This document shows, piece by piece, positions 29,505 to 39,101 of a stretch of 64,000 nucleotides of DNA; position 1 is the stretch's first letter, and the number at the start of each line of letters is the position of its first letter. Position numbers and translations under genes: made by a program. The notes under the pieces are model-generated. The model worked only from the letters and a program-made list of their open reading frames with translations, did not search any database and had not been told where the DNA came from. The stretch is taken from the NCBI GenBank assembly GCA_036268475.1, contig DATAUB010000035.1, forward strand, positions 254,171 to 318,170. The letters are read 5' to 3'. Source of the DNA: Bryobacteraceae bacterium. Its GTDB lineage: Bacteria; Acidobacteriota; Terriglobia; Bryobacterales; Bryobacteraceae.

Positions 29505-31679
29505 ATGACCGTTGAAGAAATCGAAGCAATCGCCGGAGGATATCATGGCGACGCTTTTCGCATCCTGGGGCCGCACAGCGTCCGCAAGAAGGGCGGGCAA
29601 GCCCGCTGGGAGGTGCGGGCGTTCCTGCCGCAGGCCGAATCGGCGGTGGTGGCGTTCGCCGGCGAACGCGTGGAGATGGTGCGGAAGCATCCGCAGGGCT
29701 TCTTTTGTGCCGTGCTGGCGGGCGATCCGCAGCCTTACCTGATCCAGGCACGCCTGCATGACGGGGATGAGATCGAGATTGACGATCCCTACCGCTTCGG
29801 GCCGCAGCTTTCCGATTCCGACCTGTACCTGCACACCGAGGGCACGCTGCACGAATCCTGGCACACGCTCGGCTCGCACATCGTCGAAGCCGACGGTGTG
29901 AGCGGCGTACGATTCGCGGTGTGGGCGCCGAACGCGATTGCGGTAACGGTAGCGGGCGAGTTCAACGACTGGGACATCCGCCGCCACCCCATGCGATGGC
30001 GCAACGGTGGCGTGTGGGAACTGTTCATTCCCGGGTTAGGCGAGGGCGCGGCGTACAAATATCACGTGCGCTCGCGCTTCGCCGGATACCAGCAGCTTAA
30101 GGCGGACCCGTACGCCTTCTACAGCGAGACGCCGCCGAAATCGGCGTCGGTGGTGTGGAACCCGGCGAAATACGAGTGGAAGGACGCGGCCTGGATGGAA
30201 GCGCGCGCCACGCAGGACATCCTGAAATCTCCGGTCGCGATCTATGAAGTGCATCTGGAATCGTGGCTACGCGCGCCGCACGGGCAGTTTCTCACCTATC
30301 GCGACCTGGCGGTGAAGCTGGTCGCCTACGTGAAACAGATGGGCTACACGCACATCGAACTGCTGCCGGTGATGGAACACCCCTTTTCGGGGTCGTGGGG
30401 CTACCAGGTGATCGGCTATTTTGCGCCCACCTCGCGCTTCGGCACGCCCGACGATTTTCAATACTTCGTGGACGCCTGCCACCAGGCCGGGATCGGCGTG
30501 ATGGTGGATTGGGTGCCGGCGCATTTCCCCAAAGATGCCCACGGGCTGGGATTTTTCGATGGCACGGCGCTCTACGAGCATGCCGACGTGCGCAAGGGCG
30601 AGCAGCTCGATTGGGGCACGCTGGTGTTCAACTATGGGCGCAACGAAGTGCGCTCGTTCCTGATTTCCAACGCGCTGTTCTGGCTGAAGCAGTATCACAT
30701 CGACGGCCTGCGGGTGGATGCGGTGGCATCCATGCTCTATCTCGATTATTCGCGGAAGCCGGGCGAGTGGATTCCCAATCAGTACGGCGGCAACGAGAAC
30801 CTGGAGGCCATCGAATTCCTGCGGCGCTTTAACGAACTGGCGCACACCGTGCCCGGCGCCTTCACGGTGGCGGAGGAGTCAACAGCGTTCCCGGGTGTGT
30901 CGCGGCCGGTGTATCTCAACGGCCTGGGTTTCACCATGAAGTGGAACATGGGCTGGATGCACGACATGCTCTCCTATTTCGAGAGCGACCCGATTTACCG
31001 CAAGTTTTATCACAACCACATCACCTTCAGCCTGTTGTACGCCTTCACGGAAAACTTCGTGCTGCCGATTTCGCATGACGAAGTGGTGTATGGCAAGCGG
31101 TCGCTGCTCAATAAGATGCCGGGGGACGAATGGCGGCAATTCGCCAACGTGCGCAGCTTCCTGGCGTTCATGTGGACGCATCCCGGAAAGAAGATCCTGT
31201 TCATGGGGCAGGAGATCGGGCAGCGCGAGGAGTGGAATCACAATACCGGACTGCGCTGGGAGTTGCTGGAATTCGAACCGCACCGCAAGCTGCAGGCGCT
31301 GGCGCGCGAGCTGAATCGTGTATACAGGGAGAATCCCGCGCTCTACCAGGTGGACTTCCACCACTCCGGCTTTGAGTGGGTGGACTTCCACGATTCAGAG
31401 AACTCCATCATCGCCTTCCTGCGGCGCGGCGAAGATCCCAAGGATTTCGTGGTGGTGTGCTGCAACTTTACTCCCGTGCCGCGCAAGCTGTATGAATTCG
31501 GCGTGCCTGAAGAAGGATTCTACGAAGAGATTCTGAATACCGATTCGGAGCTGTTCGGCGGCGGCAATCTGGGCAACGGCGGGATGGTGTCGTCGCGTCC
31601 GGCGCCACGGCACAATCGCCCGTTCAGCATTGCAGTCACGCTGCCGCCGCTCTCGGTGGTGATTTTCCGCAAGCGCTGA
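29505..31679 (+). CDS. glgB: 1,4-alpha-glucan branching enzyme
   Basis: GH13 motifs DWVPAHFP, GLRVDAVASMLY and FTVAEESTAFPGV, plus the typical N-terminal CBM48 region, in 724 aa. Confidence 0.95.
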   Translation: MTVEEIEAIAGGYHGDAFRILGPHSVRKKGGQARWEVRAFLPQAESAVVAFAGERVEMVRKHPQGFFCAVLAGDPQPYLIQARLHDGDEIEIDDPYRFGPQLSDSDLYLHTEGTLHESWHTLGSHIVEADGVSGVRFAVWAPNAIAVTVAGEFNDWDIRRHPMRWRNGGVWELFIPGLGEGAAYKYHVRSRFAGYQQLKADPYAFYSETPPKSASVVWNPAKYEWKDAAWMEARATQDILKSPVAIYEVHLESWLRAPHGQFLTYRDLAVKLVAYVKQMGYTHIELLPVMEHPFSGSWGYQVIGYFAPTSRFGTPDDFQYFVDACHQAGIGVMVDWVPAHFPKDAHGLGFFDGTALYEHADVRKGEQLDWGTLVFNYGRNEVRSFLISNALFWLKQYHIDGLRVDAVASMLYLDYSRKPGEWIPNQYGGNENLEAIEFLRRFNELAHTVPGAFTVAEESTAFPGVSRPVYLNGLGFTMKWNMGWMHDMLSYFESDPIYRKFYHNHITFSLLYAFTENFVLPISHDEVVYGKRSLLNKMPGDEWRQFANVRSFLAFMWTHPGKKILFMGQEIGQREEWNHNTGLRWELLEFEPHRKLQALARELNRVYRENPALYQVDFHHSGFEWVDFHDSENSIIAFLRRGEDPKDFVVVCCNFTPVPRKLYEFGVPEEGFYEEILNTDSELFGGGNLGNGGMVSSRPAPRHNRPFSIAVTLPPLSVVIFRKR

Positions 31680-31724
31680 CCCACGGGGAGCGCATGATAT
31701 CCTGACTCCACAGGAGGGCTGCCC

Positions 31725-34475
31725 ATGTATCGCCTGGTTTGCTTTCTATTCGTAACGCTCGCGGCGCAGGGTGCGTCGGCGGTTTACACCAGCTCATTCG
31801 AGGGCTCCAGCAGCGGCTGGACGGTGGTTCGCGGATCGGCCGCGCCCGATTCCGCGGTCATGCACGCCAACAGCAAGTCGCTGCGCGTGGAGGCGGGGAG
31901 TTCTTCGCCCGACGCGTGCGTACGCTCCGCACCGGTGCCGCTGACCATCGGGAAACGCTACGAATTGAGCGGGTGGGTGCGCACCGAGAATCTCACGGTG
32001 GCCGATCTGGAGCGTTCGCCGATCGCCTCGGGCGCTGTGCTGACCATGGCCTCCATGCCGTTCGATGTGCATTCGGCGTCGGTGGGCGGCACGCACGAGT
32101 GGACCCGCCTCTCGCTGAAATTCGTGGCCAGCCGGGCGCAGGACGCCATCCTGCTGACCGCGGGAAGCGGCGGTAAACTCGGCGGGAAAGCCTGGTTCGA
32201 AGGAGTCAGCCTGGACGAAGTCTCCTCCCGCGATCAATGGCCGGCGCGCGACGCAGTGCAGACTTTCGGACCGGCCTACCGGTATCCCGCGGCCGGATGG
32301 ATCTATCTCCATATCGAAGGCAAACCGTACGATCGCGGCTATCAGCACGGCTATTTGATGTCGCGCGAGATTCCCGAGTACCTGGAGCGCTGCGCGTTCG
32401 ACCTGGGCGGCAAGGCCGACGACCGCACCTGGAGCGAATACCGCACTTCCGCCAACGCCCTCTTCCTGCGCGGCTTCGACCGCGAGATTCTGGAGGAAAT
32501 GCGCGGCATCGCCGATGGCGCCAACGCCCACGGCGCCAAGTGGCTGGGGCGCAAGCTCGACCTGGTGGACATTGTCGTGGCCAACACCACCGTAGAGATG
32601 GGCGAATTGCGCGGCGCCGTGGGCGCCACTCCCACCGGGCTCGAAGGGCTCGATCTGGTAGCGCCGGCATATGCCCGGCAGACGAAGAAAGATTCGCCGG
32701 TGGACCACTGCAGTGCCTTCGCGGCCACCGGCCCGGCGACGCGCGACGGCAAAATGGTCATCGGCCACGTCACTTGGTGGCCTCTGACGCTGGCTGAACA
32801 GACCAACGTGATGCTCGATATCAAGCCCGATACCGGCCATCGCATGCTCATTCAGAGCTACCCGGGCGGAATCGAAAGCGGCACCGACTGGTATCAGAAC
32901 GACGCCGGGATGGTGCTTACCGAGACTACTATCGACCAGACGCCGTTCAATATCGACGGCACTCCGGTGGCGTTCCGCGCGCGCCGCGCCATTCAATATG
33001 GCGGCAACATCGATGAGATCGTTCGCGAACTGGGGACGGCCAATAACGGGTTATACACCAACGAGTGGCTGATCGGCGATGCCAAGAACAACGAGATCGC
33101 CATGTATGAGTTGGGCACCCACCATACGCGCCTGTGGCGCAGTTCCAAAGGGGAATGGTTCGGCGATACGCCGGGTTTCTATTGGGGCGACAACAATGCC
33201 AAGGACCTGACCGTCAGTCTGGAACTTGCCTCCGATCCGCACGGCGCCGCGGGCTACATTCCTTACACTCCGGGCGTACGCGACCTGGCATGGCAGCATC
33301 TCTACCATCAGTACAAAGGACAGATCGACGAGCAGTTCGCCTTCCGGGCGTACGATGCGGCGCCGCTCATTTCGATGAGCACCATGGACGCCAAAGTGGT
33401 TACCGCCGATATGGCGAAAGACCTGATGGTGTGGGCCGCGATCGGCCGCCCGAATGAGAGCGTCTGGGCTGCGCCGCGCACCAACCCCGGCCCGAATCAT
33501 GGGTTGTACCCCGGCGGCTATCATCTGTTCACGGCGTCCGCGCCGGAGAGCCTGATCGAAAGCGTGCGTGAGAACGAACAGGCGCGGCTGGCGGAGAAAG
33601 TCACGCCCGAGAAGGCGCACGAAAAGACGACGGATTATGCCGACCGTCTGTGGAAGGGATGGGTGCTGCCGGCGTCGGATGCCGATACCTGGTTTGTGGC
33701 GGGGTCCGCGGCCTACTATCGCTTGCTGGAGTCGAAGGACGTGGAGGAGGCGATGGAAGCGCAGCGCATTCGCTATCGAGGATTGAAACTGGCGGCCGCC
33801 ACGCCGCAGACCAATTTCCAGATCCAACAGACGGAGGGAATCCTGTTCCTCGACCAGGTGCGCCACAAGATGGGCGACGAGGCGTTCTTCAAACTGATGG
33901 ACGATTACTTCTCCGCCAACACTACCAAGGCGGTAACCGCACAGTCGTTTCTGAAAAAGGCCGGGGTGACCTTCGAAGTTCCCAGCCCCGGCGAAGGTCC
34001 GGCTTACCTGCCGGGCGATATCGGGCGGCGTCTCGCTTCGGCGGTGATCGTGTACGGCACGGCGGCTGAGGCGGGCGTCAATCGTTACGCCGCCGAGCAG
34101 TTGCAGAGCCGCTATCGCGATTACAACCAGGCGAACGTCGCCGTGCTGAAAGACTTTCAGGCATCGGACGACGAATTGCAGCATCGCGATGTGATCTTCA
34201 TCGGACGGCCGGAGACTAACTCGGCGCTGGCCGCCTGGGCGGCAAAGATCGGGCTTCATTACGACGGCGCGGCGATTCAATCGAACGGCGAGACGTTCGC
34301 CTCCGAGCGCGATTCGCTGGTGATGGCGGCCGGGAACCCGCTGGACGCGTCGCATATGGTGCTGGTGCTGGCGGGCAACGATCCGCGGCACACGGTGGAA
34401 GCGCTGAACGGCGACCTTTCGCAAATACCGTTGGCGGTGCTGGAAGACGGCAAGCCTGTGGGTAGAATAAGGTGA
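31725..34475 (+). CDS. Secreted multidomain C45-family (Ntn-hydrolase-like) peptidase/acyltransferase
   Basis: Signal peptide, then an N-terminal CBM/galactose-binding-like module. C45-like nucleophile context DHCSAFAATGPATRDGKMVIGHVTWW. The C-terminal segment FLDQVRHKMGDEAFFKLMDDYF resembles an M1 aminopeptidase helical region. Confidence 0.65.
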   Translation: MYRLVCFLFVTLAAQGASAVYTSSFEGSSSGWTVVRGSAAPDSAVMHANSKSLRVEAGSSSPDACVRSAPVPLTIGKRYELSGWVRTENLTVADLERSPIASGAVLTMASMPFDVHSASVGGTHEWTRLSLKFVASRAQDAILLTAGSGGKLGGKAWFEGVSLDEVSSRDQWPARDAVQTFGPAYRYPAAGWIYLHIEGKPYDRGYQHGYLMSREIPEYLERCAFDLGGKADDRTWSEYRTSANALFLRGFDREILEEMRGIADGANAHGAKWLGRKLDLVDIVVANTTVEMGELRGAVGATPTGLEGLDLVAPAYARQTKKDSPVDHCSAFAATGPATRDGKMVIGHVTWWPLTLAEQTNVMLDIKPDTGHRMLIQSYPGGIESGTDWYQNDAGMVLTETTIDQTPFNIDGTPVAFRARRAIQYGGNIDEIVRELGTANNGLYTNEWLIGDAKNNEIAMYELGTHHTRLWRSSKGEWFGDTPGFYWGDNNAKDLTVSLELASDPHGAAGYIPYTPGVRDLAWQHLYHQYKGQIDEQFAFRAYDAAPLISMSTMDAKVVTADMAKDLMVWAAIGRPNESVWAAPRTNPGPNHGLYPGGYHLFTASAPESLIESVRENEQARLAEKVTPEKAHEKTTDYADRLWKGWVLPASDADTWFVAGSAAYYRLLESKDVEEAMEAQRIRYRGLKLAAATPQTNFQIQQTEGILFLDQVRHKMGDEAFFKLMDDYFSANTTKAVTAQSFLKKAGVTFEVPSPGEGPAYLPGDIGRRLASAVIVYGTAAEAGVNRYAAEQLQSRYRDYNQANVAVLKDFQASDDELQHRDVIFIGRPETNSALAAWAAKIGLHYDGAAIQSNGETFASERDSLVMAAGNPLDASHMVLVLAGNDPRHTVEALNGDLSQIPLAVLEDGKPVGRIR

Positions 34476-34479
34476 TTCG

Positions 34480-34980
34480 ATGCCGACGGCGGAACTGATT
34501 TCGGTGACGGAGTATCTGGCGACTGACTACAGTCCGGACTGCGATTTTGTCGACGGAGTATTGGAGGATCGCCACGTGGGAGAGAGGGATCATGGATTGG
34601 TTCAGGCGGCTTTGATAGTCTGGTTCGCTGCTCACCGCAAAGAGTTGGGGATCGCTGTCGTACCCGAGCAGCGCATTCAGGTGACGGGCTCGCGCTATCG
34701 GTTGCCGGACGTGTGCGTGACGATTGGCCTGCCCGATGAGCAGGTCTTCACCACACCCCCTTTCCTGTGTATTGAGATTCTCTCTCCCGAAGACCAGATG
34801 GGCCGCGTCCTGACGAAGGTCGCCGACTACCTGAATTTTGGCGTACCTTATGTCTGGCTGATCGATCCGCGCAAGCGCACGGCGGTTGTCTACACCGCGA
34901 ACGAAGCTCTGCCGGTGAATGATGGTGTTTTGCGCACCACGAATCCCGATATCGCCTTGCCGCTGACCGACCTTTTCTAA
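34480..34980 (+). CDS. Uma2-family (DUF820) putative endonuclease
   Basis: ISVTEYL...FVDGVLEDRHVGE...RLPDVCV...ILSPED...GVPYVWLIDP. Confidence 0.8.
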   Translation: MPTAELISVTEYLATDYSPDCDFVDGVLEDRHVGERDHGLVQAALIVWFAAHRKELGIAVVPEQRIQVTGSRYRLPDVCVTIGLPDEQVFTTPPFLCIEILSPEDQMGRVLTKVADYLNFGVPYVWLIDPRKRTAVVYTANEALPVNDGVLRTTNPDIALPLTDLF

Positions 34981-36564
34981 ATGCGCTACGACACGATTAT
35001 CATTGGAGGCGGGCATAACGGCCTGGTTACCGCCGCCTACCTGGCGCGCGCCGGGCGAAAAGTGCTGGTGCTGGAGCGCCGCGAAATTCTGGGCGGGTGC
35101 GCCGTCACCGAAGAAATCTGGCCGGGATATCGCGTCTCCACCGGCGCGTACCTGACGAGCCTGCTGCAGGAGCGCATCGTGCGCGAACTCGACCTGCCGC
35201 GCTTCGGATACCGGGTGGACGCCAAGGACCCGGCGTTCTTCTCCGCCTTCCCCGACGGCCGCCACTTCTTCATGTGGCAGGACCGCAACAAGACGCTGGC
35301 AGAGATCGCCAAATTCTCGCGCCGCGATGCCGAAGTCTATCCCGCGTACGAAGATCAGCTCGAACGCATCTCGCAGGTGGTGGAAGGCCTGCTGCTCACC
35401 ACGCCGCCGCAATTTCCGCCGGCCGGTCTGGGCGATTTCATCGAATACCTGAAGCTGGCGGGCCGCATGCGCGGCTTGAGCGCCAAAGACACCGTCGCGC
35501 TGGTGAAGATCTTTACGCAGAGCGCGGCCGACCTGCTGGACGAGTGGTTCGAATCCGAGCAGGTGAAAGTCACGCTGGCCACCGACGGCGTGATCGGCGC
35601 CAACGGCGGTCCGCGATCGCCCGGCACGGCTTACATTCTGCTGCACCATTGCATGGGCGGGGTGGCGGGCCATCGCGGGCTGTGGGGGTTCGTACGCGGA
35701 GGCATGGGCGCGGTATCGGACGCCATCGCAGCGTCAGCGCGCGCCAGCGGGGCGGAAATCCGCACCAACGCTGCCGTTTCGCAGGTGCTGGTGCGCGGCG
35801 GGCGCGCCACCGGAGTGGTACTCGCAAGCGGCGACGAAATCGAAGCCGCCACCGTGGCTTCCAATCTCGACCCCAAGATTACATTTCTGCGTCTGGTGGA
35901 GGAGAAGCATCTCGACGGCGACTTCGTGGCGGCCATCCGGCGCTTCCGCATCGAAGGCACGAGCTGCAAAATCAATCTGGCGCTCAACGGACTGCCGGAA
36001 TTCACGGCGTTCCCGGGCGCGCCCGGCCCGCACCACAAAGCCACCATGCACATCTGCCCCAGCGTAGAGTATGTGGAACGCGCCTGGGACGACGCCAAGT
36101 ACGGCCGTGCGTCCGAGCGCCCGCTGCTCGAACTGACGGTGCCGACGATGTACGATCCGTCGCTGGCGCCGCCAGGCAAGCACATCATGGGGATTTTCCT
36201 GCAATACGCGCCCTACACATTGCGCGAAGGCACCTGGGACGAACTGCGCGAGCCGTTCGGCGACCGTGTGATGTCGCTGATCGCGGAATACGCGCCCAAT
36301 ATCCATTCCCTCGTGGAGCATCGCCAGGTGTTGTCGCCGCTCGACCTGGAGCGCCGCTTCGGCATCACCGGCGGCAATATTTTCCACGGCGAGATGAGCC
36401 TCGACCAGATGTTCGTGATGCGGCCGGTGGCGGGATGGGCGCGCTATCGGACGCCGATCGCCGGGCTATATCTGTGCGGGTCGGGAGCGCATCCCGGCGG
36501 TGGCGTGATGGGAGCGCCTGGATTCAATTGCGCGCGCGAAATGCTGCGGCACGGAGTGCGGTGA
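34981..36564 (+). CDS. FAD-dependent oxidoreductase, phytoene-desaturase-related (COG1233-type)
   Basis: YDTIIIGGGHNGLVTAAYLARAGRKVLVLERREILGG dinucleotide-binding motif; C-terminal GLYLCGSGAHPGGGVMG. Confidence 0.85.
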   Translation: MRYDTIIIGGGHNGLVTAAYLARAGRKVLVLERREILGGCAVTEEIWPGYRVSTGAYLTSLLQERIVRELDLPRFGYRVDAKDPAFFSAFPDGRHFFMWQDRNKTLAEIAKFSRRDAEVYPAYEDQLERISQVVEGLLLTTPPQFPPAGLGDFIEYLKLAGRMRGLSAKDTVALVKIFTQSAADLLDEWFESEQVKVTLATDGVIGANGGPRSPGTAYILLHHCMGGVAGHRGLWGFVRGGMGAVSDAIAASARASGAEIRTNAAVSQVLVRGGRATGVVLASGDEIEAATVASNLDPKITFLRLVEEKHLDGDFVAAIRRFRIEGTSCKINLALNGLPEFTAFPGAPGPHHKATMHICPSVEYVERAWDDAKYGRASERPLLELTVPTMYDPSLAPPGKHIMGIFLQYAPYTLREGTWDELREPFGDRVMSLIAEYAPNIHSLVEHRQVLSPLDLERRFGITGGNIFHGEMSLDQMFVMRPVAGWARYRTPIAGLYLCGSGAHPGGGVMGAPGFNCAREMLRHGVR

Positions 36565-36638
36565 CGGCAGAGGCAGGACTGCTTCTCCGCGATGTTCTGC
36601 CAAGCCCACGAAGTCCTCATGAGTCTGTTCCCGGTTGA

Positions 36639-36947
36639 TTGCCATGTTCAGGCCCCTTGGGTATGCCCGGGCCAACGCAGTTACGATTGAAAGAGACAGC
36701 GGTGGACCTTACCCTCCAAATTCCGGACGATCTGGCAAGCCGGCTCGGTGCGAGCATGGACGAGTTGTCCCGGCGTGCGCTCGAAGGCTTTGCACTCGAG
36801 GAATATAAGAGCGGCAACATTAGAAAGTCGGACTTGCGCCGCTTGCTAGGGCTTGACACCCGGTACGAGCTGGATGGCTTTCTCAAGGCGCACAATGTCC
36901 TTGAAAACCTTACTATAGAAGACCTCCGTCAGGATCTTCGCGATTGA
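36639..36947 (+). CDS. UPF0175-family antitoxin (start uncertain: ATG 36663 or GTG 36702 more likely)
   Basis: LTLQIPDDLASRL...LALEEYKSGNIRKSDLRRLLGL...FLKAHNV...TIEDLRQDL matches the UPF0175 pattern. Confidence 0.75.
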   Translation: MPCSGPLGMPGPTQLRLKETAVDLTLQIPDDLASRLGASMDELSRRALEGFALEEYKSGNIRKSDLRRLLGLDTRYELDGFLKAHNVLENLTIEDLRQDLRD

Positions 36948-36959
36948 GAGCCTCAACCT

Positions 36960-37304
36960 TTGACGTCCGTTCCGATTGTCATCGCGGACAGCAGTCCCAT
37001 CAATTACCTAGTCCTGATTGGGCATATAGACGTTCTTCCCTCGCTCTTCAAAACGATCGTTCTTCCTTCGGCCGTTCGGAGCGAACTGTCGCGGCCAAAG
37101 GCTCCGCAAGTGGTACGGGATTGGATTGCCGGCATGTCCGCGTGGCTCGATGTCCGTCCAGATCCGTCCGTCTTCGACCCGACTCTGGCCGATCTCGGCG
37201 ACGGAGACAGGGCAGCGATTGCTCTTGCCATCGAGCGCAAAGCCGATCTGCTTCTCATCGATGAGCGACGCGGTACGAGGGCGGCACGGAGCAAGGGGTT
37301 CTAG
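36960..37304 (+). CDS. DUF3368-family PIN-like toxin, truncated by an in-frame TAG (homology continues in frame to 37454)
   Basis: Starts VIADSSPINYLVLIGHIDVLPSLF and continues LLLIDERRGTRAARSKGF-TAG. The same frame then reads AAGTLAILGMAARRDLPVLADALARLKHTTFRYRQEVLDQFLAE, ending with a TGA at 37452-37454. Confidence 0.75.
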   Translation: MTSVPIVIADSSPINYLVLIGHIDVLPSLFKTIVLPSAVRSELSRPKAPQVVRDWIAGMSAWLDVRPDPSVFDPTLADLGDGDRAAIALAIERKADLLLIDERRGTRAARSKGF

Positions 37305-37466
37305 GCGGCTGGGACGCTGGCAATTCTCGGAATGGCCGCACGGCGAGATCTGCCCGTCCTTGCTGACGCCCTCGCCCGGCTTAAGCATACGACTTTCCGT
37401 TACAGGCAGGAGGTTCTGGATCAGTTCCTGGCGGAATGCGGCGGCGGGGTCTGAAATGATCGCGCG

Positions 37467-38141
37467 CTACGAAGGCCGGCAGCGACGCCGGTCGCAGTAG
37501 ATTTTCCCTCCCACGATCAGGGCCGCCGCAAGGGCGCCTTCTACCAGGTAGCGCACCAGGGTGGAAGGGTGCAGCGTACGCTCCATAAAACTGTCGGTGA
37601 GGATCATGTCCCCGCCTACCCGCCCCAGAATGCCGGCCCCCAGATAAATCGTGAACGGGTAGCGATCCATCAGGCCGGCCAGCAGGTTGGCGGAGAGCAC
37701 TACGAACGGAATACTGAGGGCGAGCCCAAACACGATGAGTTCGATGTGCCCGTTGGAAGCGCCGGCGATCGCCAGAATATTGTCGGTGGACATGGTCAGG
37801 TCGGCGACCACGATGAACCAGATGGCCTGCATCAACTTCTTGGGAACGGCGACGCTATCCGGCGGCTCGCTCGCGTCCACCAGCACTTTGACGGCGATCC
37901 ACAGGACCAGGAGGCCGCCGGCCAGCTTGAGAAACTGGATATCGAGCAGCTTGGACGCCACGAAGGTGAGCCCCACGCGCAGTGCCACTGCCGCGCCGGC
38001 GCCGCAAATCGTGCCGATGCGCCGCTCGCGCGGTTGGAGCGCGCGCACCGCCATGGCGATCACCAGGGCGTTATCGCCGGCCAGCAGCAGATCGATGAAG
38101 ACAATCGAGAAGACGCCTGTGATGAGGTGAGATAAGGGCAT
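37467..38141 (-). CDS. TerC/YjbE-family integral membrane protein
   Basis: DLLLAGDNALVIAMA and STDNILAIAG duplicated motifs. Confidence 0.85.
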   Translation of the reverse strand: MPLSHLITGVFSIVFIDLLLAGDNALVIAMAVRALQPRERRIGTICGAGAAVALRVGLTFVASKLLDIQFLKLAGGLLVLWIAVKVLVDASEPPDSVAVPKKLMQAIWFIVVADLTMSTDNILAIAGASNGHIELIVFGLALSIPFVVLSANLLAGLMDRYPFTIYLGAGILGRVGGDMILTDSFMERTLHPSTLVRYLVEGALAAALIVGGKIYCDRRRCRPS

Positions 38142-38142
38142 A

Positions 38143-39096
38143 TTACGCCGCGATCCAGGCGCGCGTGCGGCGGAAATAGCGCTGCGCCACGCTGACGTCG
38201 CGTAGGATCTGCTGCTTCAGCGCGGCGGGGGAATCGAACTTGCGCTCCTCGCGAACGCGCCATAGAAACTCCACGCGAATGCGCTGGGGCGTGTTGCCGT
38301 CGAATGGATCGAGCAGGAAGGTTTCGATGGTTAACTCCTCGCTGGCCCCGAAAGTGGGCCGGTAGCCCACGTTGGTGATGGCGTTCCACCGGTGGCCGCC
38401 GGCCAGATCGTAAGCGCGCGTCACGTAAACTCCCACGGCGGGAATCAGGCCGCTATCGGGCGCCAGATTGAGGGTGGGGACTGTCTGCCTGGAACCGACG
38501 CCGCGGCCCTCCACCACCGTTCCATCGAGCGCATAAGGGTGCTCCAGCATGCGTCCCGCCAACGACACCCGGCCCGATTTCAGCAGGGCGCGAATGCCGC
38601 TGCTGCTCACTATGCGGCCGCGCCATTTCACCGCCGGTACGATCTGCGTTTCGAACCCCAGCCGCGCGCCCAGTTCCGCCAGCAGTGCCGTGTTACCCTG
38701 CTGGCGATAGCCGAAGCAGAAGTTATCGCCCACCAGCACAGCGCGCACGCGTAAGCGATCCACCAGCAGTTGCCGCACGAAATCCTCAGGCGACAGGTGC
38801 GCCACTTCCGACGTGAAGGGCAGAATCAGCACCTCGGCGATGCCTTCCTCTTCCATCAGCTCGGCACGATGCGCGGGCGAGGTGAGCAGCACCGGTGTAC
38901 GATCCGGCGCGACAATCTGCGTGGGGTGAGGATCGAAGGTCAGGACGGCGGGCTTCCATCCGCGCTCCGCGGCCAGCGCCACCACTTGCTTCAGGATCCG
39001 GCGGTGACCGAAATGCACTCCATCGAAATTGCCGATGGTGAGGGCGCACGGGCCGAAATCGGCGGGCACTTCGGCGAGGCTGCGAAAGATCCGCAT
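38143..39096 (-). CDS. ribF: Bifunctional riboflavin kinase / FAD synthetase
   Basis: TIGNFDGVHFGHRRIL in the N-terminal half; riboflavin kinase motifs GRGVGSRQTVPTLNL and ITNVGYRPTF in the C-terminal half. Confidence 0.95.
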   Translation of the reverse strand: MRIFRSLAEVPADFGPCALTIGNFDGVHFGHRRILKQVVALAAERGWKPAVLTFDPHPTQIVAPDRTPVLLTSPAHRAELMEEEGIAEVLILPFTSEVAHLSPEDFVRQLLVDRLRVRAVLVGDNFCFGYRQQGNTALLAELGARLGFETQIVPAVKWRGRIVSSSGIRALLKSGRVSLAGRMLEHPYALDGTVVEGRGVGSRQTVPTLNLAPDSGLIPAVGVYVTRAYDLAGGHRWNAITNVGYRPTFGASEELTIETFLLDPFDGNTPQRIRVEFLWRVREERKFDSPAALKQQILRDVSVAQRYFRRTRAWIAA

Positions 39097-39101
39097 GGAG
39101 A

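Noticed and set aside
28029-34980. Two same-strand Uma2/DUF820 genes flanking add-glgB-C45, considered as a composite mobile unit.
   Set aside because: The two proteins are only distantly similar. I found no terminal inverted or direct repeats and no transposase or integrase. Uma2 genes are commonly scattered in such genomes.
38141-38143. Expected Mn-sensing yybP-ykoY riboswitch upstream of the TerC-family gene.
   Set aside because: The TerC gene starts 2 nt after the ribF stop, so there is no room for a leader. It is evidently co-transcribed with ribF.
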